Source: Collinsella sp. (GTDB lineage Bacteria; Actinomycetota; Coriobacteriia; Coriobacteriales; Coriobacteriaceae). Taken from it: a stretch of 64,000 nucleotides of DNA. A program made the translations under genes and the position numbers. Under the pieces are notes generated by a model, which was given only the letters and a program-made list of their open reading frames with translations, had not been told where the DNA came from and did not search any database. Every line of letters starts with the position of its first letter. The stretch's first letter is position 1. This document shows, piece by piece, positions 1 to 10,324 of this stretch. The DNA lies in the NCBI GenBank assembly GCA_036302865.1, contig JAXJBU010000022.1:4098-68097 (forward strand). The letters run 5' to 3'.

Positions 1-1
1 G

Positions 2-595
2 GGCCTTGATCTCACCCAGGCGCTCGAAGGAAAGGCCAGCCCAGTCGGCGGGGTACACGCCATGGATGTTGCCGATGCCGCAGGCGAGGAAGTCGACGCC
101 CAGGTCAGCGATCTGCTTGCACTCAGCAGGATCAGCGAGCTCGCCGCTGGAGGTCACGCCGTCCTCGGTGCCGCCGATGCCGCCGACCTCGGCCTCGATG
201 GACATGCCCTTGGAGTGGGCAAGCTCAACGAGCTCCTTGGTGCGGTCGAGGTTAAGCTGGAAGGTCTCCTCGTGAGAGCCGTCATACATGATGGACGTGA
301 AGCCGGCCTCGATGCACTTAAAGCAGTCCTCGTAAGAACCGTGATCGAGGTGAAGGGCGACGGGAACGGTAACACCCGTGGCCTCGACGGCAGCCTTGAC
401 CATGTCGGCGCAGACCTTGAAACCGCCCATCCACTTAGCGGCACCAGCGGTGCACTGAAGGATCAGCGGAGACTTGGCCTCCTCGGCGGCCTGGAGAATA
501 GCCAGGGTCCACTCGAGGTTGTTGGTGTTGAAGGCACCAAGACCGTACTTGCCGGCCTCGGCCTTCTTGAGCATGTCTGCTGCGTTGACGAGCAT
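2..595 (-). CDS. fba: Class II fructose-1,6-bisphosphate aldolase (5' part; runs off window start)
   Basis: Not in ORF track. Manual minus-strand translation from ATG at 595: MLVNAADMLKKAEAGKYGLGAFNTNNLEW...VALHLDHGS...IMYDGSH...EAEVGGIGGTED...GIGNIHGVY. These are the class II aldolase HLDH and GNxHG motifs. AGGAGG RBS upstream. Confidence 0.93.
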   Translation of the reverse strand, partial: MLVNAADMLKKAEAGKYGLGAFNTNNLEWTLAILQAAEEAKSPLILQCTAGAAKWMGGFKVCADMVKAAVEATGVTVPVALHLDHGSYEDCFKCIEAGFTSIMYDGSHEETFQLNLDRTKELVELAHSKGMSIEAEVGGIGGTEDGVTSSGELADPAECKQIADLGVDFLACGIGNIHGVYPADWAGLSFERLGEIKA

Positions 596-790
596 AAAAG
601 AAACCTCCTGTAAGGTTGCTCCGATAACGCCTGAGATTTTACCACGGCGCACCCGAGCATAAACGTTCGTTTGTTCACGAATATCGTCCAAACAGACTTT
701 TTTGACCGTTTGCCCTACGGAATCGACCCGTTGGGGAAAAATAGCTTGACGTTTGGACGCTTCTCGTGCTTCAAAAGCCGACTTATTAAG

Positions 791-1474
791 CTAAATCTGC
801 ATGAAAGGGTTCTGCATGAGCTCGCGTGCCATGGTGGTCGAATCGCCATGGCCGGTTAGGCAAACGGTATCGGGCGGGAGAAGCCGGGCGAGCTTGGAGA
901 GCGAGCGCAGAATTGCCGCCTCGTCTCCTCCAGAAAGATCGGTGCGGCCGTGCCCACCCGGAAACAGGGTGTCGCCCACAAAGGCAATGTTCCCCTGCTC
1001 GGTGGCAGCAAACAAGACGATCCCGCCCGGCGTATGCCCTGGCGTCTCGATCACCTGCAGGTAGATATCGCCCACCTCGATAGCATCGCCCTCGGCGAGC
1101 AGGCGTGTCGGCTCCCCGGGGTCAGGCGTCTCAATGCCCCACATAGCTCGCTGTTCCTCGATGTTCGCATGCGGCACCGCCACATCCTTAGCACACAGCT
1201 CATACTGGCAGCCCTCGCCAACGGTGGTTCGCACGCCTACAACACCACCAACATGATCGGCATGGCCATGAGTGCATACGGCGCCAAACACGCGTACGCC
1301 GGGATGCTCGGCTCGAATATGCTCCACCAGGCGTTCGCCTTCCCATGCGGGATCGATAATCACGCACTCATTGTCCGAAATAACAGCATAGCTATTGGTC
1401 TGAATGGGACCGTTTACGAGCGTCTCGATCTCGACCGTTCCCTTGGGAGTTAAATCCAAGGACACAGCACTCAT
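791..1474 (-). CDS. MBL-fold metallo-hydrolase (glyoxalase II-like)
   Basis: THGHADHVGG, TPGHTPGG, GDTLF and terminal GHG motifs. Confidence 0.9.
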   Translation of the reverse strand: MSAVSLDLTPKGTVEIETLVNGPIQTNSYAVISDNECVIIDPAWEGERLVEHIRAEHPGVRVFGAVCTHGHADHVGGVVGVRTTVGEGCQYELCAKDVAVPHANIEEQRAMWGIETPDPGEPTRLLAEGDAIEVGDIYLQVIETPGHTPGGIVLFAATEQGNIAFVGDTLFPGGHGRTDLSGGDEAAILRSLSKLARLLPPDTVCLTGHGDSTTMARELMQNPFMQI

Positions 1475-1494
1475 GTCCCTCTCCTCTCTATAGA

Positions 1495-1522
1495 ACTCGA
1501 GGCATCAAACGATGCCTCGAGT
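1495..1522. terminator. Hairpin between rel and the MBL gene (terminator or processing stem)
   Basis: actcgaggcatc-aaac-gatgcctcgagt inverted repeat. Confidence 0.5.
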
Positions 1523-1558
1523 GTAGCGAATATCGATAATGTGACACGTTCGTCGCGA

Positions 1559-3919
1559 CTAAACGCGGCGCTTAAGCTGGGCTCCACCCTCACCGGGCAT
1601 CAGGCGGCGCGCGTCGTAGACCGAGTCAACGCTGCTGATGGAGGCCAGCAGCGGATCCAGACCACTCGCGTCCGAGATCTCGACCATAAAGCGCAGGGTT
1701 GCAATACCCTCGCGGTTGGTCGACGTGGCGGCAGAAAGGATATTGCCGCCCGCATCGCCAATGGCAATGGTGACATCCTTGAGCAGGCCCATGCGGTCCA
1801 GGCACTCGACCACGATCTCGACCTGGAAGAGGGTGTCGGCAGCGCCGTTCCACTCCACTTCGATCATGCGCTCGGGATGCTCCATAAGACCCTTGACGTT
1901 GGGACAGTTGGCGCGATGCACCGAAACGCCACGACCGCGCGTGATGAAGCCGACGATGTCGTCGCCCGTCACGGGGTTGCAGCAATGAGCCAGACGGACC
2001 AGTAGGCCGCTGTTGCTCTCGCCCTTGACGATAATGCCGTTACTGGCGCTCTTGCCGCGCTTTTGCGGCTTGCGGTTGGAGCCGCGAGCAGGCTGCTTCA
2101 CGACCTCGGCGATAGCCTCGGCCTTGGTGAGCTGCTCCTCGGGCTTGGGGTCCAAGATTTGCTCGACCTTATTGCCCACAGCGCGCGGGGCAACCTTGCC
2201 GGCGCCGACGGCGGCAAACAGGTCCTCGAGCTGCTTGAAGTTAAACTGCTCAGCCACGGCGTTGAGCGCACGCGTCGAACGCGGCGTAGAAATGCCATAG
2301 CCACGCTTACGCAGGTCCTTAGCCAGCATATCGCGACCAGCAGCAGCGTCGTCGTCCTTGGTCGCAGCGGCAAAATAGCGGCGGATCTTTGACTTGGCGG
2401 AAGGTGTCTTAACAATCTTGAGCCAATCACGCGACGGCTTGGAACTCTTGTTAGTCAGAATCTCGACACGGTCACCCGTCTTAATCTCGTGCGTGAGCGG
2501 AGCCACCGCACCGTTGATTTTGGCGCCGACGCAATGGTTTCCCACCTCGGTGTGAACGGCGTAGGCAAAGTCGAGCGGCGTGGAGCCGGCACGAAGCGCC
2601 ATGACCTCGCCCTTGGGTGTAAAGACAAAGATCTCCTGGTCGAACAGATCGACCTTCAGCGAGTGCAGGTATTCCTTGGCGTCCGTAATCTCGTCAGACG
2701 CTGCCCAATCGAGCGAATGTTTGAGCCAGTTAATCTGGTCGTCCAGACGCTGGGCATCATTGGTCTTAGACGCAGACGATCCGCCCGACTTCTTATAGAG
2801 CCAGTGGGCGGCAATGCCGTACTCGGCCTGTTCATGCATCTCATAGGTTCGAATCTGAATCTCGAGCGGGCGGGCCGTGGGGCCGATAACCGTCGTATGG
2901 AGCGACTGGTAGTTGTTGACCTTGGGCATGGCGATATAGTCTTTGAAGCGACCGGGCATGGGGTGCCACAGCGTATGCACCGCGCCGAGCGTGGAGTAGC
3001 AATCGCGCACCGAATGCGTGATGACACGCAGTGCCACCAGGTCGTAGATCTCGGAGAATTCCTTGCCCTTGCGCTTCATCTTTTGGTAGATGGACCAATA
3101 GTGCTTGGAACGGCCATTGATCTGGAAGCCCTCCAGGCCAATGCGGTTGAGCTCGTCGGTGAGCGTCTTGATAGTCTCGGCCAGATAGCGCTCGCGAACC
3201 TCGCGCGACTCAGCCACCATGCGCGCAATGCGCTGGTAGGCATCGGGCTCCAGGTAGAAGAAGGACAGGTCCTCGAGCTCCCACTTAATAGAGCTCATGC
3301 CCAGACGGTCGGCCAGGGGCGCATACACGTCCATGGTCTCGCGAGCCTTAAACAGGCGACGGTCCTCGCGAAGGGCCGCCAGCGTACGCATGTTATGCAG
3401 GCGGTCGGCAAGCTTAACGATAATGACGCGGATGTCCTTGGACATGGCGAGGAACATCTTGCGCAGCGTGAGGGCCTGCTTCTCGTCCATGCTGTCGACT
3501 TCGATGTTGGTGAGCTTGGTCACGCCATCGACGAGCTCGGCTACCGTATCGCCAAACAGGCCGGACACATCGGCAAGCGAGGTCTCGGTATCCTCGACGG
3601 TATCGTGCAGCAGCGCGGCGCACACCACATCGCAGTCCATCTTGAGATCGGCCAAAATGATGGCCACCTCGACGGGATGGTTAATGTACATCTCGCCCGA
3701 GCGGCGCTTTTGGTTGCAGTGCTTCTCGGCGGCAAAGCAATAGGCCTGCTCCACCTTAGAGAAGTCCTCCTCATTCATATATTTGAGGCACAGGCGCTCC
3801 AGCTTGTCGTAGCTGTCCGCCATAATCTCGGGCGGCAGCTCATCGGCATGCTTATAGTGCTCCATCTCCGAAAACGGCTGGAGGGTGGAATCATGGGCGG
3901 TACGGGCTGCGGCATCCAT
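1559..3919 (-). CDS. rel: Bifunctional (p)ppGpp synthetase/hydrolase (long RSH)
   Basis: HD motif (LLHDTVEDT), KLADRLHNMRTL, synthetase (RFKDYIA..YQSLHTT..EIQIRT), TGS (VFTPKG), AHCCNPV zinc finger, C-terminal ACT. Confidence 0.97.
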   Translation of the reverse strand: MDAAARTAHDSTLQPFSEMEHYKHADELPPEIMADSYDKLERLCLKYMNEEDFSKVEQAYCFAAEKHCNQKRRSGEMYINHPVEVAIILADLKMDCDVVCAALLHDTVEDTETSLADVSGLFGDTVAELVDGVTKLTNIEVDSMDEKQALTLRKMFLAMSKDIRVIIVKLADRLHNMRTLAALREDRRLFKARETMDVYAPLADRLGMSSIKWELEDLSFFYLEPDAYQRIARMVAESREVRERYLAETIKTLTDELNRIGLEGFQINGRSKHYWSIYQKMKRKGKEFSEIYDLVALRVITHSVRDCYSTLGAVHTLWHPMPGRFKDYIAMPKVNNYQSLHTTVIGPTARPLEIQIRTYEMHEQAEYGIAAHWLYKKSGGSSASKTNDAQRLDDQINWLKHSLDWAASDEITDAKEYLHSLKVDLFDQEIFVFTPKGEVMALRAGSTPLDFAYAVHTEVGNHCVGAKINGAVAPLTHEIKTGDRVEILTNKSSKPSRDWLKIVKTPSAKSKIRRYFAAATKDDDAAAGRDMLAKDLRKRGYGISTPRSTRALNAVAEQFNFKQLEDLFAAVGAGKVAPRAVGNKVEQILDPKPEEQLTKAEAIAEVVKQPARGSNRKPQKRGKSASNGIIVKGESNSGLLVRLAHCCNPVTGDDIVGFITRGRGVSVHRANCPNVKGLMEHPERMIEVEWNGAADTLFQVEIVVECLDRMGLLKDVTIAIGDAGGNILSAATSTNREGIATLRFMVEISDASGLDPLLASISSVDSVYDARRLMPGEGGAQLKRRV

Positions 3920-3934
3920 CGAGGTCCCCTTCCC

Positions 3935-6900
3935 CTAGGCCCGCGGTACGATCGGGCGGTTAACTTTGGCTAGCATATCAGAAGCGCACGAATCGAGTGC
4001 CCAGCTCCGGAAAGCCGAGAACTCCATGCGCGAGCGCAAGCCCTCCAAATAGCGAATTGACCTGCTCAATTGCACGCGGCCGGGGTTTTCGGCCATCGCG
4101 ATGCGACGAGTGTCGTCAAACCCCGAAACTCGACAGAAACCAAGCTCTTCGAAGATTCCCAGGCCGCTTTCCACCGAACGCTCGTCGACCGGCGTGCGAG
4201 CATCGATGGCAAGGCACATCTGCGCGATGTCGATATCGCTCGCGCAGAATGAATCATCCCCGGTTTTGCCGCGGTTGGAGCGCCACATGGTCTGCAGCGC
4301 GCGATAGAGCGTGACGAGTTCGTCGCGCTCGGGCGCATAGCAGTCGAGCAGGCGCTCGTTAATGCGGGCGTCGCGCGACGAATAGAGCAGATGGATCACG
4401 GCGGGCTGTCCGTCACGACCGGCACGCCCGCTCATCTGGTTGAACTCAATGGCGCCAAACGGCATGTGGTAGAGCACGACATGGCGGATATCGGGCAGGT
4501 TGACGCCCTCGCCAAAGGCGGAGGTCGAAACGATGCAGCTGAGGCTTCCGTCTCGGAATGCTTCCTCCACGCGACGGCGATCGGAACGCGCAAGCCCCGC
4601 GTTATAGAACGCGATATGGGTTGCGCAATCGGGCACACGCTTGCGCAACGTCTTGGCGAGCGCCACGGACTGGTCGCGCGAATTGACGTAAATGACGGTC
4701 TTCTCCCCCGTCGCCACGATCGACACCAAACGGTTCTCGCGGCTCGCAAGATCTCGGTCATCCTCGAGCTGCAAGTTCTCGCGCACCGTCTCGTCGACCA
4801 CCGTGCGGGTAATCGGTAGCACGCGGGCGAGCTCGGCCACAACCGGAGCCGTTGCGGTGGCAGTCGTGGCCAGAACGACCGGGTCGCCCAGGGCCTTGAG
4901 GATATCGGGCATGTCGAGATAGGCACTGCGGTCGCCGCCCTTGGCAAGACCGGCATGATGCGCCTCGTCAATAACGACAAACCCGATACGCCCCGAACGC
5001 GCAAAGCGGTCGCGGTGAATGGACAGGAATTCGGGCGTCGTGAGCACGATGCCGGTGCGGCCCGAAGCCAAGCCGGCAAACACGTCATCGCGCGCCGCCT
5101 CCACGGTCTCGCCGGTCAGCACGCCCACGCCAATGCCGAGCGCGGCCATCGTCGACGAGAGGTGATAGGCCTGGTCGGCAACGAGCGCGCGCAGCGGATA
5201 GACAAAGATGCTTGCACGCCCGCGAAGGACCGCCTCGCGCGCGGCATGCACATGGAAGATAAGAGACTTGCCGCGCCCCGTTCCCATAACGGCCAGAACA
5301 CTTTGGTGATCGGCCAGGGCATCGAGCGCCTCGACCTGCGCACGGTGCGGCTGGTTCGAGCCGATAAAGCTATGGATAAGCGAGCGCGTCAGCTCGGTAT
5401 AGGAAAGCTGGGCGAGCGTTTGGCGCTTGCGGGACTCCAGACGAAGACCGGCGTCCGCAGGCTCCACGCCGCGGCGAAGCTCACATACCGGGTCGTCAAC
5501 GCTGGGCACCGTGGTATCGCGGACCAAGACGTCCTTGATCATGAGCTTGGGCTTTACGCGACCTTGCCAATGCTCGGCCACGGCCTCGAACACCAAATCG
5601 ACGGCGCTATCGCAATTGATGAGCTTATCGATCTGCGGCACGCGGAACATAATGGCCGGCACACTCGCAGCGCCATCGGTCGCCACGAAGCGCATGTGCT
5701 CGCCGGTTTTGCCCACCACGGCGCGATCGCACATCGTCACGCCCTCGGCCGCCAACAGCGGCACCTTGTTGCCTTGGCCAAACGGCTCAAGACGGGAGAT
5801 TTGCTCGATGGTCTCGATATTTAGCTCGGAGAGGTCGACGGTAGCGGCAACCTCATCGGTGTCCTCAAAGTCCTCGGCGGGAAGCTCGGACAGCACGGCA
5901 GAAAGGCGACGACGGAACTCGTCGAGCTTGGACGCCTCGATGGTCACGCCCACCGCACCCGCATGCCCGCCGCGACGAATCAGCAGATCGGAGCAGCGTT
6001 CTACGGCATCGAACAGGTTGACCTTGCCCACCGAGCGACCCGAACCGCGCGCGATGCCGTCCTCGATCGAGAACAGCAGCGCCGGCACGTGATAACGGTT
6101 GGTCAGGCGGCTCGCCACGATACCCTTGACGCCCTCGTGCCAGCCCTCGCCACCCACGACGATTGCGCGACCGCCATCATAGGTCTCCTCGACCTTTGCC
6201 ATGGCATCGCGTGTGAGCTCCGCCTCGATCTCGCGACGCTGACGGTTGATCTCCTCGAGCTCGGCCGCCAGCGCGCTTGCCTCGATAGGATCGCGGGCAA
6301 GCAGCAGGTCGAGCGCCAGCTTGGGATCAGCCATGCGGCCGGCGGCGTTTAAGCGGGGGATGAGCGAAAACGACAGGCCATCGGCCGTAATGCTAGAGAG
6401 GTCGGCCTTGGCGAGCGCGGCCAGCGCGATATAGCCGGGGCGGGCGGTCACGCGCATCTGCTGGATGCCCTCGGCGACTAGCGCGCGGTTCTCGGGCGTC
6501 AGCGGCATCATGTCGGACACGGTACCCAGCGCCGCGACCTCGATCAGCGAGCGCCAATACGACGGCTTGCCCAGGCGCTCGCCCAAGACCTGTACCAGCT
6601 TGAGCGCCACGCCGGCACCGGCAAGCTCACGCGAAGGACCCTCGTCCTCGAGCTTAGGGTCGGTCAGGGGCACGCCCTGCGGCACCTGGTCGGAGGGCTC
6701 ATGATGGTCCGTGACCACCAAATCGATTCCCAGGCTCTCCAGATAGGAGACCTCTTCCTTGGCGGCAATGCCGTTATCGACGGTCACGATCAGCTGGGGG
6801 CGAGCGAGCTCGTTAACGCGGTCGAGCGCCGCTCGCGAAAGACCGTAGCCCTCGTCAAAGCGATGTGGAATAAACGGCGTGACATCGGCACCAAACGTGC

Positions 6901-7222
6901 GCAGTGCCTCGGTCAACAGGCAGGTCGACGTAATACCGTCAACGTCAAAATCGCCAAAGACCGCGATGTGCTCGTGGTTGCGAATGGCACGCTCGACGCG
7001 GTCGGCAACGACCGACATGCCCGGGATAATGAGTGGGTCGGCCCAGTCACGATCGAGCGAAGGCGTCAAAAACAGCTGGCCTTCTTCGATGGATGTAATG
7101 CCGTGCGCAACCATAATGCGCGCCACCAGCCCGGGTATGCCCAGGCCAGCCGAAAGCTCCTTTTCGAGCTCGGGGTTTTGCTGAGCGACCGCCCAGCGAT
7201 GCGTCGTCTTAAGCGATGACAT
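3935..7222 (-). CDS. recJ: RecJ ssDNA exonuclease fused to a C-terminal SF2 (RecQ-like) helicase
   Basis: GDFDVDG, TVDNG, TDHH, PRLNAAGR, GSGRS, GGHAGA motifs; then GTGRGKS, DEAH, TATA, QMSGRAGRDG. Start placed at MSSLK (7222). Confidence 0.92.
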   Translation of the reverse strand: MSSLKTTHRWAVAQQNPELEKELSAGLGIPGLVARIMVAHGITSIEEGQLFLTPSLDRDWADPLIIPGMSVVADRVERAIRNHEHIAVFGDFDVDGITSTCLLTEALRTFGADVTPFIPHRFDEGYGLSRAALDRVNELARPQLIVTVDNGIAAKEEVSYLESLGIDLVVTDHHEPSDQVPQGVPLTDPKLEDEGPSRELAGAGVALKLVQVLGERLGKPSYWRSLIEVAALGTVSDMMPLTPENRALVAEGIQQMRVTARPGYIALAALAKADLSSITADGLSFSLIPRLNAAGRMADPKLALDLLLARDPIEASALAAELEEINRQRREIEAELTRDAMAKVEETYDGGRAIVVGGEGWHEGVKGIVASRLTNRYHVPALLFSIEDGIARGSGRSVGKVNLFDAVERCSDLLIRRGGHAGAVGVTIEASKLDEFRRRLSAVLSELPAEDFEDTDEVAATVDLSELNIETIEQISRLEPFGQGNKVPLLAAEGVTMCDRAVVGKTGEHMRFVATDGAASVPAIMFRVPQIDKLINCDSAVDLVFEAVAEHWQGRVKPKLMIKDVLVRDTTVPSVDDPVCELRRGVEPADAGLRLESRKRQTLAQLSYTELTRSLIHSFIGSNQPHRAQVEALDALADHQSVLAVMGTGRGKSLIFHVHAAREAVLRGRASIFVYPLRALVADQAYHLSSTMAALGIGVGVLTGETVEAARDDVFAGLASGRTGIVLTTPEFLSIHRDRFARSGRIGFVVIDEAHHAGLAKGGDRSAYLDMPDILKALGDPVVLATTATATAPVVAELARVLPITRTVVDETVRENLQLEDDRDLASRENRLVSIVATGEKTVIYVNSRDQSVALAKTLRKRVPDCATHIAFYNAGLARSDRRRVEEAFRDGSLSCIVSTSAFGEGVNLPDIRHVVLYHMPFGAIEFNQMSGRAGRDGQPAVIHLLYSSRDARINERLLDCYAPERDELVTLYRALQTMWRSNRGKTGDDSFCASDIDIAQMCLAIDARTPVDERSVESGLGIFEELGFCRVSGFDDTRRIAMAENPGRVQLSRSIRYLEGLRSRMEFSAFRSWALDSCASDMLAKVNRPIVPRA

Positions 7223-7498
7223 AGGCACCCACCCCCGATAGGGGCAGGTCGCCGCGATACCTCTCACGGTTCATAGCGATGAGTCCTCTGTGTATGCCCG
7301 CTTCGGCAGGCAGATCTGTTGAACGGATTTATTATACCGTGCAGCACGGACGCAAAACGCCGCAGCACGCCGCGGTTTCGGTAAACGATGCCGGTAATCG
7401 CCTCGAAATATTCGAGCGTTTCTGACGCACGGACGCATGCGAGCGTCTAGCATATCCATTCAAAACGGATTCACGAGCAAAGGGAGTCACAAGCGCAT

Positions 7499-8497
7499 AT
7501 GAAGCAATGGGTTGGACTGGGCAAGTTTCTCGCGGGGCACATGCAGGTCATCGTTCCGATTTGCGTGGCGCTCGGCGTGCTCTTTCCCCAGCAGATCGGC
7601 TTACTCAAGCCCATCGTTCCCACCTTGTTTGCCTTTATGACGTTTCAGGGTGCGCTCAGCAACACCTTCCACCAGGTGGCTGAGGTGTTCCGCCGTCCGC
7701 TGCACCTGATTTTGGCGCTGCTCGTCTCCGCGGTGCTCATTCCCATAGCAGCCTATGCCATGGGGTCGCTGTTCTTTGGTTCCAACCCCAACCTTGTCTG
7801 CGGCATCGTGCTCGAGTACAGCGTACCCGTGGCGGTCACTGCCTTTATGTGGATTAGCATGTTCGGCGGCAACGGCCCGCTCGCGCTTACCATTATCCTG
7901 ACGTCCTCGGTTATCTCGCCTGTGACGATTCCTCTTACGCTCAAGCTCCTGCTGGGCGCCACCGTCTCGATCGACGTGCCGAGCATGATGCAGAATATGG
8001 CCTTCATGATCGCCATACCCGCCGTGCTCGGTATCGTCATTAACGAACTCACGCGCAGCTGGGGTCATGAGAAACTCTCCCCCGCGCTTTCGCCCGCCTG
8101 CAAGTTCATGATGATGGGGGTCATCGCGTCCAACTCCACCGCCATGAGCGAGTACGTGCTGCACATGAACACGGTGCGCCTGGAAGTCGCCCTCTTTATT
8201 TTGGTCTTCGCCATCAGCGGCTTTGTCGTCGGTTTTCTGGTCGCCCGTGCGCTGCATCTGCCGTATAGCGAGACGACCACCATGTGCTTTACCTGCGGCA
8301 TGCGTAACATCTCTTCGGGCGCCGTCATCGCCACGCAGTACTTTCCGGGCGAAGTCGTGTTCCCCGTCATGTGCGGAACGCTGTTTCAGCAGGTGCTGGC
8401 CTCGATTATCGGGCATCTCTTTGAGCGCCTAACCGGCGAAGAGCGCACCAAACAGCGCAAGCGGGTCAAGGCCGGCCGCGACGCGATGGCACGCTAG
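7499..8497 (+). CDS. Bile acid:Na+ symporter (BASS/SBF) family transporter
   Basis: Multi-TM protein; GNGPLAL and GMRNISSG motifs typical of BASS family. Confidence 0.85.
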   Translation: MKQWVGLGKFLAGHMQVIVPICVALGVLFPQQIGLLKPIVPTLFAFMTFQGALSNTFHQVAEVFRRPLHLILALLVSAVLIPIAAYAMGSLFFGSNPNLVCGIVLEYSVPVAVTAFMWISMFGGNGPLALTIILTSSVISPVTIPLTLKLLLGATVSIDVPSMMQNMAFMIAIPAVLGIVINELTRSWGHEKLSPALSPACKFMMMGVIASNSTAMSEYVLHMNTVRLEVALFILVFAISGFVVGFLVARALHLPYSETTTMCFTCGMRNISSGAVIATQYFPGEVVFPVMCGTLFQQVLASIIGHLFERLTGEERTKQRKRVKAGRDAMAR

Positions 8498-8527
8498 GCA
8501 GCACACTTTTCGCAGGCGCTCGCCTTG

Positions 8528-9325
8528 CTACGCGAGCGTTTCCAGATGCGCGCGTAGGCGCTCAGCATCGGTATCGAGTGTGGTCTCAGCATTGACCTGG
8601 GCCAGACGATAGCCCACAAAGTAGGGCGATACCACCCAACGTGGCAGCGCCTTGGCAATGGTCCGACCGCCCAGATGATAGAAGAACAAGTTGTATGACT
8701 CCGCGCGACCACCGTGGTGCTCGTTCAGGATATAGCGCAGGGCCACCTGAATCGCATCGGCAAACAGGTCCGCTTCGGCTTGGTCGCGGGCGTCGTCGCT
8801 GGCGGCGATTCCCTGTGGAGCCGAGACGTTGACCTCAAAGAATCCCATGATCGGCTCGGTTGAGATGTTGACCGCGACCCTCCCGTGTCGCCAAACATCG
8901 ATGCCTTCGAAGTTGGCGGGGGCTAGTGCTGCATAACCGTCCTCCCGCTCCAGACCCACAATCTGCATATGCGGATGGACGAGGCTGCCGCCCGAAAGCG
9001 GGCCTTTGTTCTTGTACATGAGCACACTGCGGTACTGTTGAGAATCGATCATCTGCTGCCAACAGCCCAGGGCAAACCTCATCACATGATGCAGCTCATC
9101 CGGTTCATAGGCCACCAGGTCGGCGTCGTGATTGGCCGACTCGATCAATACGGTCTGACGGGTGGCCCGCAAGGTCTTGAACTTATTCTCGAGCCAGATG
9201 CAGTCACCATCGCGCTGGATGATGTTGGCGAGCCCCTCCGTGTCGCAAAAAGGGCACGCAGTGCCAGGGCGACGATTATCGTCAGGCTTGCCGCTCGCCT
9301 GCTGAACGTCAAATACCAGCGCCAC
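8528..9325 (-). CDS. DUF4931 / GalT-like HIT nucleotidyltransferase
   Basis: CPFC, NKFxTL, SGGSLVHPHMQ (HxHxQ). Confidence 0.8.
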   Translation of the reverse strand: MALVFDVQQASGKPDDNRRPGTACPFCDTEGLANIIQRDGDCIWLENKFKTLRATRQTVLIESANHDADLVAYEPDELHHVMRFALGCWQQMIDSQQYRSVLMYKNKGPLSGGSLVHPHMQIVGLEREDGYAALAPANFEGIDVWRHGRVAVNISTEPIMGFFEVNVSAPQGIAASDDARDQAEADLFADAIQVALRYILNEHHGGRAESYNLFFYHLGGRTIAKALPRWVVSPYFVGYRLAQVNAETTLDTDAERLRAHLETLA

Positions 9326-9328
9326 GGG

Positions 9329-10006
9329 CTATACCTCCAGCGGCACAATCTTGGTGCCATGGAGCTCGGAGACCCCTAGCGCCGCCGCGACCGCGTCGCG
9401 ATTTGCCGTAGTGATGCCGCCGCCGGGAAGGATGGTCAAACGATCACCCGCATACTCGATTAAACGAGCCAGGTTTTCGAAGTTGTCCTCGATCGGCGTA
9501 CCGGCAGCACCACCGTGCGTCAGAATGCGCGCGACGCCGCAGTCGGCAAGTGTATCAATCGCATCGAGCTGAGCCTCGGGCGAGAGCTGGTCAAATGCCA
9601 TGTGGAAGGTAATATCGATGGGCCCGCGCTTGCACTCTTCGGTCGCGCAGCCCGCGGCCATCACGAGGGCGCCCAACGTAAGCTCGTCGAGCGCCCATCC
9701 GCTGGCACAAGGTTTGCAGCAGCCAAAGACCAGGCCGTCAACGCCGGCGCTCACAGCAAGACCCAGGTCCATCTCCATCATGCGCAGCTCGTCCTGGTTG
9801 TAATGAAAGTCGCCACCACGCGGACGAATCATGCACATCACTCGCGCGTCATGCTCGTGAGCATAGTTGACTGTAGCGCTAATAACGCCGGCCGAAGGCG
9901 TAGTGCCACCAACGGCAAGGTTGTCGCACAGCTCGATACGCCTTGCACCGGCATCGATAGCCGCCGGCACCCGCTCAAAGTTCTCGGCACAAAACTCGTA
10001 CAGCAT
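9329..10006 (-). CDS. cutC: Copper homeostasis protein CutC family
   Basis: EFCAEN..GARRIELCDNLAVGGTTPS, MIRPRGGDF, TFHMAFD, ILTHGG. Start at MLYEF (10006); the longer ORF is a non-coding extension. Confidence 0.92.
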   Translation of the reverse strand: MLYEFCAENFERVPAAIDAGARRIELCDNLAVGGTTPSAGVISATVNYAHEHDARVMCMIRPRGGDFHYNQDELRMMEMDLGLAVSAGVDGLVFGCCKPCASGWALDELTLGALVMAAGCATEECKRGPIDITFHMAFDQLSPEAQLDAIDTLADCGVARILTHGGAAGTPIEDNFENLARLIEYAGDRLTILPGGGITTANRDAVAAALGVSELHGTKIVPLEV

Positions 10007-10064
10007 AGATAGACCCCCAAAGACAGCAGATGTTTTCCGACGGGCATTGTCACACACCCCCATG

Positions 10065-10133
10065 AAGTTGCGGTGGAATAGGGACTCTTTTGGCCTCTGA
10101 GGCTCCCATTTAGTCCCTATTCCACCGCAACTT
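10065..10133. repeat. 22-bp perfect inverted repeat (REP/MITE-like hairpin)
   Basis: aagttgcggtggaatagggact (10065-10086) and agtccctattccaccgcaactt (10112-10133). Confidence 0.75.
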
Positions 10134-10181
10134 AAAGGGGGCAGAACCAAAGTAACGCCGCAGGCAGAGGACGGACAGCGA

Positions 10182-10281
10182 GCGGGCACCAGAGCGAACA
10201 AATTGGCATGAAAAGAGGGCGGCATAGACCTTCTGGTCATGCCGCCCTCTTTGAATGACAAGTTGTCGCTCTGGTGCCCGC
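10182..10281. terminator. Long nested hairpin downstream of livF, containing the probable liv operon terminator
   Basis: Outer arms gcgggcaccagagcga / tcgctctggtgcccgc; inner arms aaagagggcggcat / atgccgccctcttt. Confidence 0.65.
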
Positions 10282-10324
10282 GCAGCGTCGACTGTTCCGC
10301 CGTTCGGTAGAACGGCGGAACCTC

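Noticed and set aside
10007..10261. N-terminal extension of the cutC ORF in the ORF track
   Set aside because: It runs through hairpin-rich intergenic DNA; CutC homology and an RBS-like GGGGGT begin at 10006.
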